Source: Bryobacteraceae bacterium
GTDB taxonomy: Bacteria > Acidobacteriota > Terriglobia > Bryobacterales > Bryobacteraceae
Direction: 5' to 3'
Assembly (NCBI GenBank): GCA_023384675.1
Contig: JAHDVK010000029.1
Coordinates: forward strand, 3,778 to 67,777
DNA length: 64,000 nt
Both the position numbers and the translations under genes were made by a program. Positions 16,345-26,616 of this stretch are shown here, one piece after another. The notes beneath the pieces were generated by a model, which was given only the letters and a program-made list of their open reading frames with translations, ran no database searches and was not told the origin of the DNA. Position 1 is the stretch's first letter; every line of letters begins with the position of its first letter.

Positions 16345-19300
16345 ATGCAAAGACTTGCTCTGTTGCTGGTCTGTGTGGCATCAGTATCGCTCGCACAGGA
16401 ATTCCGTGCTTCCATCTTGGGCCAGGTGACGGATCCGACGGGGGCCGTCATCCCGGGCGTCAAAGTACGCGCCACCAAGATCGACACAAACGTCAGCCGT
16501 GAAGCCGAAACCACAAACGAAGGCTTCTACAATCTCCCCGGCCTGGACCCGGGACGGTATAACGTCACATTCACCAAGGACGGGTTCCAGACCGTCCGCC
16601 GGAACGAGATCGTGCTCCAGGTGGCCGATCGTCTGCAGATGAGTGTCAACCTGGAAGTCGGCTCGATCACTCAGGAAGTGACCGTCGTCGGCGAACAGGA
16701 GTTGATTCAAACCGCCACCGCCAGCCGCGGCCTCGTCTTCGATCCCGTGAAAATGCAGGAAATTCCCCTGAATGGCCGCCAGGCTTATATGCTGATGCGC
16801 CTGTCGCCCGGTGTGATGTTCACCCAGCGCACCTTCGGCGCCACCGGCTTTTCCGGCACCCGCGGCTGGGACGTGAACGGCAGTTTCGTCATGAATGGCG
16901 GCCGCTCTGGTTCAAACCAGTTCCTTCTTAATGGCGCCCCCATCTCCAGTGACGGCACCTTCAACCTCTCTCCCAATGTGGAAGCTGTTCAGGAGATGAA
17001 GGTGATGGTCAATACCTACGACGTCCAGTACGGACGCTCCGGCGGCGGGCACGTCAACACCACGTTGAGATCCGGCACCAACGACACGCACGGCTCGTTA
17101 TTCAACTTCTGGCGAAACCGGGTGCTCGATGCGAACACCCGCCAGAATAATGCCCTCGGCGTCGGCCGCGGTTTCCGCAACCAGCACCAGTTTGGCGGCA
17201 CTGTGGGCTTCGCGCTGCGCAAGGATAAGGACTTCCTCTTCTTCAGCTTCGAAGGCTGGCGCGAGGTCGTGCCCTTCCCCTCCAATACCAGCGTCCCTCC
17301 GCTCGAAATCCGGCAGGGCAATTTCGCCAATTTCACGCCCCAAGGCCAGACCGGCCCCATCGCCATCTTCGACCCCATGACCTCCCGCCCCTGCGGTGGC
17401 GCTGTCACCTGCGTTTCCGGCGGTGTCTTCCGGCGCGACCCCTTCCCTGGGAACGTCATTCCGGCCAGCCGCATCAACCCAATCGGCCGGAATGTCCTCA
17501 GCTACTACCCGGCCCCGAACTTCCAGCCCCAGTCTCTGGTCAACAACTTCACCCGCCCCGACAATGTCGGCCGCTACCGCTATGAACAGCCCATGGCGCG
17601 CTACGACAAAATCGTCACCGACAACGACCGGCTCTACTTCCTGTTCACCTTCCAGGACGGCTCGGAGTTCCGCAACCAGAACGGCTTCGATCCCCCGGCC
17701 CAGACCGGCAATATGCGCGGCACGGTCCGGCGAGACCAGAATTATCTGATCAGCTACGACAAGACGCTCTCACCCACCCGCATTTTCCACATCCAGGCCA
17801 ATTACAACCGCTTCGAGCAAAACTTCCCGGACGTTTCGGATTACGATTTTACCGTGGACAAACTTGGGATGCGCCCGCTGCCCGTTGTCGGCACCTTCCC
17901 CACCACGCTCGCCCCGCGCATGGCTGTTTCCGGTTTTGCCAATTTGTTCGGGAACAATTTCATCAATCAAAGCTCCCGCCAGCAAATCAATTTCCAGGCA
18001 AATCTTTCCGAGGTCCGCCGCCGCCACGCGCTTAAGTACGGCATCGAAATCGCCCAGCTCATCAACCATAACCGCGCCTCCGGCCGCGCCGGCGGCGAAT
18101 TCGCCTTCGATAACCGCTGGAGCCGCGAATTCTTCGGCGTCAGCCGCGGCGTCCGCGATGGCAGCTCCGTCGCCGACCTTCTGCTCGGCAACATCGGCAG
18201 CGGCTTCATCGCCTTCAACGACACCTTCCTCCGCCGGCAGCCTTACTTTGCCGGCTTCATCCAGGACGACTGGAAGGTCTCCCGCACCCTCACCCTGAAC
18301 CTCGGCCTGCGCTACGACGTCCAGTTTCCCCTGATCGAAATCCACAACCGCCTCAACCGCGGCTTCGATTACTCGGGCGTCCAGGCCAACAGCGGCGAGA
18401 TCCTCGGCCGCTGGCGCGAGATCGCTCCCACCCAGGCGGCCGGTTATCCCGCCCCGCCCGACGCCATCCGCGGCGGCCTGCTGTTCGCCAATGTCGGCGG
18501 CCAGCCCCGGCGCGTCTACAACTTCGACTACACCAACATCCAGCCCCGCCTCGGCTTCGCCTGGAATTTCATGGACAAGACCGTCCTCCGCGGCGGCGCC
18601 GGCATCTTCCACCGCACCGACACGCGCGGTAACATCGCCACCGGCTTCAGCCTCAATACCAACTACATCAACACCCTCGATGCCGGGCAAACCCCCTCCA
18701 GCGGCATCGGTACCGGCGCCTACTCCCTTACGAATCCCTTCCCTGATGGTGTTGTCCGTCCCTTCGGCAACCAACTCGGGCTGGCCACGGGCTTCGGCGC
18801 AGGCGTCAGCTTCGATAACCCGAACCGCCCCATCCCGCGTACCCGCCAGTGGTCCATTACCCTGGAACGCGAACTCCTCTGGGGCATGGTCCTCGAAACC
18901 AGCTACGTTGGCTCCCGCACCACCCAGGAGGCCCGCGCCATCCAGATCGGGGATATGTCCCAGGCCGACTGGGACCGCGCCCAGGATCCCGCTAATGTCA
19001 GTTTCTATCAGCAAGCCGTCCCCAACCCCTTCTTTGGACGCGCCCAGCCCGGTACCACCCTCAATGCCCAGGCCAATGTCTCACGCCGCGATCTGATGCG
19101 CGCCTTCCCCGGCTTCACCAGCGTCGTGGACAACGTCAACCCCTCGGGCCGCGTCTGGTACCACGCCCTCCAGACCCGCTTCGAGAAACGCATGCTCGGC
19201 GACCGCTCCCGCACCGGCGCCCTCACCTGGGTCACCGCCTATACCTGGTCCAAAATGATGGAGAACTTCCTCCACAACGACTACGCTCACGGCTGGCGCA

Positions 19301-19866
19301 CAATGGCCAGCCAGGTCACCGGCGAGGACCGCACCCACAACTTTACTACCGCCGCCATTTGGGATCTCCCCTTCGGCAAGAACCGCACCTACCTCACCGA
19401 TATGGCCCCCGCCGCCGAATATATCCTCGGCGGCTGGACCGCGAACTTCAACCTCATCTACCAGAGCGGCGTCCCCCTTGGCGCCTGGCGCTCCTGGGAA
19501 TTCCAGTGCGGTAACCACCGCGCCGGCATCAACCCCACCGAAAGCCAGTGGTTCTTCAACGACCGCACCCGCTTCGGCGAATGCTGGCGTCAGTTGCGGC
19601 CCTTCGAGTACACCCAACTGCCGAACCGTTTCCATCAGCTGCGCAGCCACACCGCTCCGCAGTTCGACTTCATGGTTTCCAAGAAGTTCAACGTCAACGA
19701 AAAATGGTCGGTCGAATTCCGCGGGGAGGCCTTCAATGCCTTCAATACCCCCCTCCGCGGCGACCCGCCCTCCACCAACCCCGCCGGTGCCGACTTCGGC
19801 ATCCTCCCAGTGGCGCAGTTGAACTTCTCGCGCAACGTCCAACTCGGGGCCCGCATCCGCTTCTGA
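16345..19866 (+). CDS. TonB-dependent-receptor-like outer-membrane protein (CarboxypepD_reg N-domain), divergent third paralogue
   Basis: The start is moved to the ATG at 16345 (MQRLALLLVCVASVSLAQE), which has AAGGAG 8 nt upstream; the track ORF begins at 16324. It carries the CarboxypepD_reg motif (GQVTDPTGAVIPGVKVRATKIDTN...NEGFYNLPGLDPGRYNV) and ends in ARIRF. Confidence 0.85.
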   Translation: MQRLALLLVCVASVSLAQEFRASILGQVTDPTGAVIPGVKVRATKIDTNVSREAETTNEGFYNLPGLDPGRYNVTFTKDGFQTVRRNEIVLQVADRLQMSVNLEVGSITQEVTVVGEQELIQTATASRGLVFDPVKMQEIPLNGRQAYMLMRLSPGVMFTQRTFGATGFSGTRGWDVNGSFVMNGGRSGSNQFLLNGAPISSDGTFNLSPNVEAVQEMKVMVNTYDVQYGRSGGGHVNTTLRSGTNDTHGSLFNFWRNRVLDANTRQNNALGVGRGFRNQHQFGGTVGFALRKDKDFLFFSFEGWREVVPFPSNTSVPPLEIRQGNFANFTPQGQTGPIAIFDPMTSRPCGGAVTCVSGGVFRRDPFPGNVIPASRINPIGRNVLSYYPAPNFQPQSLVNNFTRPDNVGRYRYEQPMARYDKIVTDNDRLYFLFTFQDGSEFRNQNGFDPPAQTGNMRGTVRRDQNYLISYDKTLSPTRIFHIQANYNRFEQNFPDVSDYDFTVDKLGMRPLPVVGTFPTTLAPRMAVSGFANLFGNNFINQSSRQQINFQANLSEVRRRHALKYGIEIAQLINHNRASGRAGGEFAFDNRWSREFFGVSRGVRDGSSVADLLLGNIGSGFIAFNDTFLRRQPYFAGFIQDDWKVSRTLTLNLGLRYDVQFPLIEIHNRLNRGFDYSGVQANSGEILGRWREIAPTQAAGYPAPPDAIRGGLLFANVGGQPRRVYNFDYTNIQPRLGFAWNFMDKTVLRGGAGIFHRTDTRGNIATGFSLNTNYINTLDAGQTPSSGIGTGAYSLTNPFPDGVVRPFGNQLGLATGFGAGVSFDNPNRPIPRTRQWSITLERELLWGMVLETSYVGSRTTQEARAIQIGDMSQADWDRAQDPANVSFYQQAVPNPFFGRAQPGTTLNAQANVSRRDLMRAFPGFTSVVDNVNPSGRVWYHALQTRFEKRMLGDRSRTGALTWVTAYTWSKMMENFLHNDYAHGWRTMASQVTGEDRTHNFTTAAIWDLPFGKNRTYLTDMAPAAEYILGGWTANFNLIYQSGVPLGAWRSWEFQCGNHRAGINPTESQWFFNDRTRFGECWRQLRPFEYTQLPNRFHQLRSHTAPQFDFMVSKKFNVNEKWSVEFRGEAFNAFNTPLRGDPPSTNPAGADFGILPVAQLNFSRNVQLGARIRF

Positions 19867-19890
19867 GCGGCGCGTGTCCCCGTGACCCGG

Positions 19891-19930
19891 CCGGCCCTGC
19901 TCCTCGTGAGGCGCAGGGCCGGTTTCCTTT
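19891..19930. terminator. hairpin between convergent genes (possible bidirectional terminator)
   Basis: CCGGCCCTGC-(12 nt)-GCAGGGCCGG (19891-19922) is followed by TTTCCTTT. It lies between the stops at 19866 (+) and 19942 (-). Confidence 0.55.
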
Positions 19931-19941
19931 ATAAACCCCTC

Positions 19942-21168
19942 TCACCGCGGCGTAATCAACCCGCCGAGCTTGTCCGCCGCTCCGCCCTCCATCCTGGGGT
20001 AGAGCGCCGAATACGCTTCCAGGTACTTCAGGCCCGCGCCGGTGTTGTAAATGAGCACGCGCTCGTCCGCCTTCAAGAACCCCGACGCGTAAAGCCGCTC
20101 CGCCGCCGCTACGCACGCCGCGCCCTCGGGCGCGGCGAACACGCCGTCGAGCCGCGCAAGACGCGCGCCCGCCTCGAGCGCGGCACGGTCTCCGACGGCC
20201 ACGCACGTCCCGCCGCTTTGCCGCACGATATCGAGGATCAGGAAGTCGCCGATCGGCTTCGGCACCCGCAGGCCGCTCGAGACCGTCATCGCCCCGTGCC
20301 AGAATTCGCACTCGCTCTTGCCTTCCTCGAAGGCCTTCACGATCGGCGCGCAACCCTCGGCCTGAACGACGATCATTTTCGGCCGCGGGCCGGTGATCCA
20401 CCCCAGCGCCTCCATCTCCTCGAAGGCTTTCCACATGCCGATCAGGCCCACGCCGCCGCCGGTGGGGTAGAGAATTGCATCCGGCAGCCGCCACTGGAAC
20501 TGCTCGGCCGCCTCGTAGCCCATCGTCTTCTTGCCCTCGATGCGGTAGGGCTCCTTGAGCGTGTTGATCTCGAACCAGCCCTCGGCGTCTTTCCGCTCGG
20601 CCACCATGCGGCCGCAATCGGAGATCAGACCGTCCACCAGCGTCACCTTCGCGCCGAAGGCCATGCATTCGAGGTAGTTCGACTGCGGCACGTCGCGCGG
20701 CATGAAGATGTGCGCCTCAATGCCCGCCGCCGCCGCGTAAGCCGCCGCCGCGCTGGCGGCGTTGCCCGCCGAGCCCAGCGCCACCTTCGTGATCCCCAAT
20801 TCCCGGCACATCGAAATCGCGCACGACAGCCCGCGCGCCTTGAAGGAGCCAGTGGGGCTGACGCCTTCGTCCTTCAACCACAGATTCGCCGCTCCCAGTT
20901 CCGCGCCCAGCCGCCGCAGTTTCACCAGCGGCGTCCAGCCTTCGCCGAGCGAAGTGATGGATGCAGGCTTCGCCACCGGCAGCACGGGCGCATAGCGCCA
21001 CATGGACGAAGGTCCCGAGGCCAGCCACTCGCGGTTCCAACTCCGCCGCGCCGCCTCGAGGTCGTAGCGCACCAGCAGCGGCGCTCCGGACGCCGACAGG
21101 TTGCGCGCCACTTCAATCGGGTACTTTTCGCCGGTCCGGCTGCATTCCAGGTGCGTGCGCGTGGTCAT
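19942..21168 (-). CDS. threonine-synthase-like PLP-dependent enzyme (TrpB/ThrC fold type II)
   Basis: 408 aa with the PLP-lysine motif PTGSFKARG. It also has a glycine-rich loop (PTGGGVGLIGMWKAF) and an overall ThrC-like layout. Confidence 0.75.
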   Translation of the reverse strand: MTTRTHLECSRTGEKYPIEVARNLSASGAPLLVRYDLEAARRSWNREWLASGPSSMWRYAPVLPVAKPASITSLGEGWTPLVKLRRLGAELGAANLWLKDEGVSPTGSFKARGLSCAISMCRELGITKVALGSAGNAASAAAAYAAAAGIEAHIFMPRDVPQSNYLECMAFGAKVTLVDGLISDCGRMVAERKDAEGWFEINTLKEPYRIEGKKTMGYEAAEQFQWRLPDAILYPTGGGVGLIGMWKAFEEMEALGWITGPRPKMIVVQAEGCAPIVKAFEEGKSECEFWHGAMTVSSGLRVPKPIGDFLILDIVRQSGGTCVAVGDRAALEAGARLARLDGVFAAPEGAACVAAAERLYASGFLKADERVLIYNTGAGLKYLEAYSALYPRMEGGAADKLGGLITPR

Positions 21169-21192
21169 CTTCGCCCGCTATGATAGCGAATC

Positions 21193-24069
21193 ATGCTCCC
21201 TCGGCCTCTGCTCCCCCTTTTCCTGCTGGCGGCGCTGGCAGCCGCACAGACCCAGCCCATCGACGAAGGCTACACGCGCCAGATTCGCGAGTTCACCACC
21301 GCACCGCATTTTCTGACTGAACTGGTGGACCATCTGCCCGCCTCCGCCACTGTCCCGACGCCGGAAAAGGCCCTCGGCTACATCGCCGGCGCGAAGGACA
21401 AACTCACCTACGCCGCCGAAATCCACAAGTACATGCGCGACATCGACGCCGCCAGCCCGCGCGTGCGCGTGCTCAGCATGGGGCAGAGCGAAGAGGGCCG
21501 CGAGATGATTCTGGTGCTCATCTCCGACGAGGCCAACCTGAAGCGCCTGGATGACCTCAAGCGCATCACCCACCGCCTCGCCGACCCGCGCGGCGTGCCC
21601 GAGGCCGAAGCCGACAAACTCATCGCCACCGGCGTGCCGTTCTACTGGACCACCGGCGCGATCCACTCCACCGAAACCGGTGCCCCCCATATGCTGATGG
21701 AGCTGGTTTACCGCCTCGCCGTCGCCGAAACGCCCTTGATCCAGAACATCCGCAAGAACCTGGTGGTGATGGTGACGCCCGTCATCGAAGTGGACGGCTG
21801 GGAGCGCCACGTGGATCTCTACCGCTGGAAAAAGGCGAATCCGGATCGCGCCTTCCCGAGCCTGCTCTATTGGGGCAAGTACGTCGCCCACGACAACAAC
21901 CGCGACGGCATGGGCCTTTCGCTCGCTCTCAGCCGCCATGTGACAAAAACGTTCCTGGAGTATAAGCCCCAGGTTTTCCATGACTTGCACGAATCTATCC
22001 CGTTTCTGTACGTCTCAACCGGCATGGGGCCTTACAACGCTTGGCTCGATCCCATCGTCATAAATGAGTGGCAGAAAATGTCGTGGAATGAAGTCGAGCA
22101 GATGACCCGCCGCGGTGTGCCCGGCGTGTGGACCCACGGCTTCTATGACGGCTGGGCCGCGAACTACATGTTTACCGTCGCCAACGGACATAACGCCATC
22201 GGCCGTTTTTATGAGACTTTCGGCAACGGCGGCGCCGACACGATGGAGCGTACCGTGCCGCCGTCGCAGTCCAACCGCGCCTGGTTCCGCCCCAACCCGC
22301 CGCTGCCGAAGGTCCTGTGGAGCCACCGGAACAACGTCAATCTGCAGCAGAGCGGCCTGCTGCTGTCGCTCGACTATGCCGCCGCCAACAAAGAGACCTT
22401 CCTGCGCAACTTCTGGCTCAAGGGCAAACGCTCCATCGCCAAGCCGGAAAACGAAGGCCCCGCGGCCTATGTGATCTCGCGCGAGGAGCGCCCGAATGAG
22501 GCCGCCTCGCTCGCCTCGCTGCTGATGAGCCACGGCGTCGAAGTCCACACGCTCGATGGCGAAGTGGAAACCGGCGGCGCGCGGCTGGCCGAAGGCTCCT
22601 TTGTCATCCGCATGGATCAGCCCTATTCGCGCATGGCGGACATGTTCCTCGACCGCCAATACTACAATCCCAACGACACGCCGCCCTACGACGACACCGG
22701 CTGGACGCTGAGCGCGCTGCGGAATTTGAAGTCGGTGCGCGTGGCGGAGACTTCGCTGCTGCAGGCGCCCATGTCGCTGGCCACCGCGCCGCCCGCCGTC
22801 GAGGGGCGCGTTCAAGGCGAAGGCCGCGCGTTCCTGGTGAACCATAACGCAGAACGGAATCTCGCGCGCCTGCGCTACGCTCTCGTGGGGCTGCGGATTC
22901 ACGCCGCCGAAGCGCCGTTTGAAGCAGGCGGGCGCAAGTATAAGGCCGGTTCGTTCATCATCGACGCGGGCGAAAACCCGGCGGACCTGCGCCAGCGGCT
23001 CGAAGATGCCGCCAAAGAGCACGGAATCACGATCTACGCCGCCGCCGCGCTGCCCGATGTGGCGCGCCACCCCGTTTCCGCGCCCCGCATCGCACTGGTC
23101 CATACCTGGCTCAGCACGCAGACCGAAGGCTGGTTCCGCGTGGCCCTGGATGGCGAAAAAATCCCCTACAAATACGTTTCCACGCAGTATTTGCGCGAAA
23201 AAAGCGCATTGCGCGATGAGTTTGACGTCATCATTCTCGGCCCCACGCCCGGCAGCGCGCAGCGCATCGTGAACGGCACGCCCGTGCGCGGCCAGCCCGT
23301 TCCGTGGGACGCTTCCATCGGCCCCAATGTCGCCGGCTCGCCCGACACCGCGGCCGATACACGCGGCGGCATGGGTCTGGAGGGCGTGGCGAACATCCAG
23401 AAGTTTGTCGAGGCCGGCGGCGTCTTTGTCACTATCGCCTCGAACGCTTCGCTGCCCATCGATTACGGCCTCATCGACGGCGTCTCGATCACCCAGACCC
23501 GCGAACTGCGGGCCCGCGGCAGCGTGCTGAACGCCGCCATCGCCGATGCCCGCAGCCCTATCACCTACGGTTATGAAGGCGCCGTGCCCGTGTATTTCAA
23601 CTCCGCCCCGGTGCTCGATGTCGCGCCGCTCGGCATCGCCATCGGCGGCGGCCCGGCAGCCGCGGCGCCCGCCGCCCGGCCTACCGGCCGAGGCACGGCC
23701 ACCGACCGGGACCGCATCCAGGGCCGTCCCGACGTCGAGCCGCCGCCGCCGCTCAAGCCCGGCGAACTCGCACCCGACATGCTGGAGCGCGTGCGCCACC
23801 TGATTCCTCCGCCCGCTGAACGCCCGCGCACCGTGCTCAAATTCGCGGAAGAAAAGGACTTGCTCGTTTCCGGCATGCTCGCGGGCGGCCGTGAACTCGC
23901 GGGCAAACCGGCCATCGTGCAGGCGCCTTCCGGCAAAGGCCACTACCTGCTGTTCGCGATCAACCCGATGTGGCGGAACCAGACCCAGGGCAGCTTCATG
24001 TTCCTGCTCAACGCCGCCATGCACTACGACCATCTCCATCTCGGGCAGGTGAAACCGGCGCAGCCATGA
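21193..24069 (+). CDS. large secreted M14-family metallopeptidase-like protein
   Basis: It has a signal peptide (MLPRPLLPLFLLAALAAAQ). The M14 motifs are HSTETGAPHMLMEL (HxxE), HDNNRDG and FHDLHES. 958 aa. Confidence 0.7.
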   Translation: MLPRPLLPLFLLAALAAAQTQPIDEGYTRQIREFTTAPHFLTELVDHLPASATVPTPEKALGYIAGAKDKLTYAAEIHKYMRDIDAASPRVRVLSMGQSEEGREMILVLISDEANLKRLDDLKRITHRLADPRGVPEAEADKLIATGVPFYWTTGAIHSTETGAPHMLMELVYRLAVAETPLIQNIRKNLVVMVTPVIEVDGWERHVDLYRWKKANPDRAFPSLLYWGKYVAHDNNRDGMGLSLALSRHVTKTFLEYKPQVFHDLHESIPFLYVSTGMGPYNAWLDPIVINEWQKMSWNEVEQMTRRGVPGVWTHGFYDGWAANYMFTVANGHNAIGRFYETFGNGGADTMERTVPPSQSNRAWFRPNPPLPKVLWSHRNNVNLQQSGLLLSLDYAAANKETFLRNFWLKGKRSIAKPENEGPAAYVISREERPNEAASLASLLMSHGVEVHTLDGEVETGGARLAEGSFVIRMDQPYSRMADMFLDRQYYNPNDTPPYDDTGWTLSALRNLKSVRVAETSLLQAPMSLATAPPAVEGRVQGEGRAFLVNHNAERNLARLRYALVGLRIHAAEAPFEAGGRKYKAGSFIIDAGENPADLRQRLEDAAKEHGITIYAAAALPDVARHPVSAPRIALVHTWLSTQTEGWFRVALDGEKIPYKYVSTQYLREKSALRDEFDVIILGPTPGSAQRIVNGTPVRGQPVPWDASIGPNVAGSPDTAADTRGGMGLEGVANIQKFVEAGGVFVTIASNASLPIDYGLIDGVSITQTRELRARGSVLNAAIADARSPITYGYEGAVPVYFNSAPVLDVAPLGIAIGGGPAAAAPAARPTGRGTATDRDRIQGRPDVEPPPPLKPGELAPDMLERVRHLIPPPAERPRTVLKFAEEKDLLVSGMLAGGRELAGKPAIVQAPSGKGHYLLFAINPMWRNQTQGSFMFLLNAAMHYDHLHLGQVKPAQP

Positions 24070-24704
24070 CGCGTTTTTTCGCATTTTTGATGTTTTTTGG
24101 GCCCGTTTTTGCGTCGGAAACCGCCATTTTGACCACGGGCCAGCGCATCGAGGCCGATCGCATCGAACGCGAAAACGGCCGCTACATTCTGCACCTCGGC
24201 GGCGGACGGATCGAACTCGATGCCTCGGAAGTGGCCTCGGTCGAACACACGCCCGAGCCGGAAGCCGAAGCGCCCGCACCGCCGCCGCCGCCCCGCACCT
24301 GGACGCCACAGGAACTCGTCACCGAAGCCGCCCGGCGGCACGGCCTTCCACCCGAGTTTGTGCACAGCGTCGCGATGACGGAATCGGCCTATCAGGTGAG
24401 CGCGCTGTCGCCCAAGGGCGCGATCGGCGTGATGCAGTTGATGCCCGGCACGGCGCGTTATCTGAACGCCGACCCGCACAATGTCGAGCAGAACATCGAC
24501 GCGGGCACGCGACTGCTGCGCGAGCTTCTGCTCAAATACCAGCACCACCCGGACCCGGTGCGCCGGGCGCTGGCGGCCTACAATGCCGGTGAAGGCGCGG
24601 TGCATAAGCACAACGGCGTGCCGCCCTACCGCGAAACGCTGAACTATGTCGAGAAGGTGATCGGCAAGTACTGGCGGCAGATGGGCGGTCCGCCGGAGAA
24701 GTAA
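24066..24704 (+). CDS. lytic transglycosylase (SLT domain) with N-terminal signal/anchor
   Basis: The start is set at the ATG in the ATGA overlap with the preceding stop (MTRFFAFLMFFGPVFA). The SLT motifs are AMTESAYQ (catalytic Glu), GVMQLMPGTA and AYNAGEGAV. Confidence 0.8.
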   Translation: MTRFFAFLMFFGPVFASETAILTTGQRIEADRIERENGRYILHLGGGRIELDASEVASVEHTPEPEAEAPAPPPPPRTWTPQELVTEAARRHGLPPEFVHSVAMTESAYQVSALSPKGAIGVMQLMPGTARYLNADPHNVEQNIDAGTRLLRELLLKYQHHPDPVRRALAAYNAGEGAVHKHNGVPPYRETLNYVEKVIGKYWRQMGGPPEK

Positions 24705-24735
24705 CGCTGCCAGCCTCGCCGTCATCCAAACAGAA

Positions 24736-25038
24736 ATGACCAATCGCGAAGCCTACAAACAGAAACTCGAAGCTGAACTGGAAGTCGTGGAGGCGAAGAT
24801 CGCACAATTGCGCGCTACCGCGAAGTCGAAGTCGGCGGACGCGCAAGTAGAGTACAACCGCCGCGTGGAACAGTTGGAAGAGAAACTCGATGCGGCGAAA
24901 GCCCGGCTCGGCGAGATCGCCGACGCCACGGAAGAGACCTGGGAAAGCATGAAAGCGGGCGTGGAGTCGGCGTGGACGTCGATCACCGAGTCGGTGAAGG
25001 AAGCGTTCACGGATTCGTCCGAAACTCCGAAAAGCTAA
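24736..25038 (+). CDS. small coiled-coil protein, function unknown
   Basis: 100-aa ORF with good GC3. It is heptad-rich and acidic/lysine-rich (KQKLEAELEVVEAKIAQLRATAK...). No family was recognised. Confidence 0.5.
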   Translation: MTNREAYKQKLEAELEVVEAKIAQLRATAKSKSADAQVEYNRRVEQLEEKLDAAKARLGEIADATEETWESMKAGVESAWTSITESVKEAFTDSSETPKS

Positions 25039-25967
25039 GGCCGCAGCAGAACTTTGAGCACGCCTGGCTGCATGGCGCGCTCGAACGCCGCCTGGCCTTC
25101 CTCAAGCGAAAACTCGCTGTCGATCATCTCATCGAGCCGCAGGCGGCCTTTTGTTATCAATTTCATAGCGGGGGCGAACCGGCCGCAGCGCGAGCCGATC
25201 AGCGTGATCTCGTTCACGATCGCCGGGGCCATGTCGAGGCCGGTTTCGCCGTGGACGGTGGATTTCATCACCACCGTGCCGCGCGGGCGGGTGATCGCCA
25301 CCGCCGCCCGCAGGCCCGCCGGCGAACCGGTCGCCTCCACCGTCACGCTGTACGAAAAGCGCGGTTTTTGACGCCAAAAACGGGCTTCCAGACCGCATTT
25401 TTGCGCGATTTTGAGCTTGTTTTCGTGCTTCCCGTAGAGGTGGACCTCCGCCCCGTGCGCCGCCAGCACCTGCGCGATCAGCAACCCCAGTTTCCCGTCG
25501 CCCAGCACCGCCACGCGCTCGCCTTTGGCAATCCGCACCTGATCCAGGATCTCGCACGCCGCCGCCACGGGTTCCGTGAAGACGGCGTGCTCGTCGGGAA
25601 CATGCGCGGGAACCGCGAAAAGATTGGCTTCCGGCAGCGTCAGGTATTCCGCGAACGCGCCCGGATGCTTCACGATACCCAGCACCGTACGGCGCGGGCA
25701 ATGCCGCCCCAACCCGCGCCCGCACCAGTCGCATTTGCCGCATGCCAGGTTGATCTCGCCCACCACACGCTGGCCCGTATCCAGGCGTTCTCCGACGAAT
25801 TCGTGACCGGGGCGCCCGCGAAAACCGTAGTAGCCGCGCAGTAACTCTATGTCGGTGTTGCAGATACCAGCGAGGCGCACGCGCACGAGCACGTGGCCCG
25901 ACTTGGGTCTGGGTCTGGAGGCGTTCTTGACAGAGATGGTCCCGTCTTCGAGGTGCAGCGCTTTCAT
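25035..25967 (-). CDS. zinc-dependent alcohol dehydrogenase (MDR) family protein
   Basis: It has the catalytic-Zn ligands GICNTD and GHEFVGE. It also has a structural-Zn Cys cluster (CGKCDWCGRGLGRHC) and a Rossmann motif (VLGDGKLGL). Confidence 0.8.
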   Translation of the reverse strand: MKALHLEDGTISVKNASRPRPKSGHVLVRVRLAGICNTDIELLRGYYGFRGRPGHEFVGERLDTGQRVVGEINLACGKCDWCGRGLGRHCPRRTVLGIVKHPGAFAEYLTLPEANLFAVPAHVPDEHAVFTEPVAAACEILDQVRIAKGERVAVLGDGKLGLLIAQVLAAHGAEVHLYGKHENKLKIAQKCGLEARFWRQKPRFSYSVTVEATGSPAGLRAAVAITRPRGTVVMKSTVHGETGLDMAPAIVNEITLIGSRCGRFAPAMKLITKGRLRLDEMIDSEFSLEEGQAAFERAMQPGVLKVLLRP

Positions 25968-26431
25968 TGCGTCTGGGCGGCCAGGGAGGCGGCGTAGCGG
26001 TCCGCTGCCTTCTTGTATCCGCCGTTTTCTTTCTTCACCTGTTTGATGAACAGGGTTTCGAGTTCTTCCAGGGCGATGGCGGCTTCTTCGTCCATGTCAT
26101 CGAGGACGCTGACGCGGTCAAGCCGGTCCCGCGGGTACTCGGGGCCGAATTTTTCCATTGCCTTGCTGAGCAGGAGAGCGGCGGACGGCTGTCCGATCGC
26201 CTCGAAGCCCAGGACGGCTTCCGGGGCGACAAGTCCGCCATGGCCAAAAAAGTACTGCTCGAAACCACCGTTAACGACTTCGTCCTGGCAGATATCGGCG
26301 CCGAAGAGCCAGCCGATTCCAGGCGGGACCCCGGCGAGGGACGCGAGGTACTCTTCGGCGTCGCGGTCGGCGAAGATCCGTTCTTCTCCCAACGCGATGG
26401 CTTCGGTGTAGTGGGGAAATTTGTTGGGCAT
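25964..26431 (-). CDS. DUF4375 / DMP19-like (DNA-mimic-protein-like) domain protein
   Basis: 155 aa. The core VVNGGFEQYFFGHGG strongly resembles the DMP19/DUF4375 signature. Its stop overlaps the start of the dehydrogenase gene by 4 nt. Confidence 0.55.
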   Translation of the reverse strand: MPNKFPHYTEAIALGEERIFADRDAEEYLASLAGVPPGIGWLFGADICQDEVVNGGFEQYFFGHGGLVAPEAVLGFEAIGQPSAALLLSKAMEKFGPEYPRDRLDRVSVLDDMDEEAAIALEELETLFIKQVKKENGGYKKAADRYAASLAAQTQ

Positions 26432-26616
26432 CGGGCATCTCCTTTTCCGGGCCGCTTTTGGACAAGCGGCGAAGTTGGGTTTCCGGTGCGCGGCCGTCCT
26501 GCTTCGCCAGTCGGGCGACAGTGGCGATGCCGAGGAGATGCAAGTCGCTCAGCAGGAGCGGTCCGGGGCCGGCCGGATCCTGCAGACGCCGCTATTCAAC
26601 CCTGACAACCGATATC

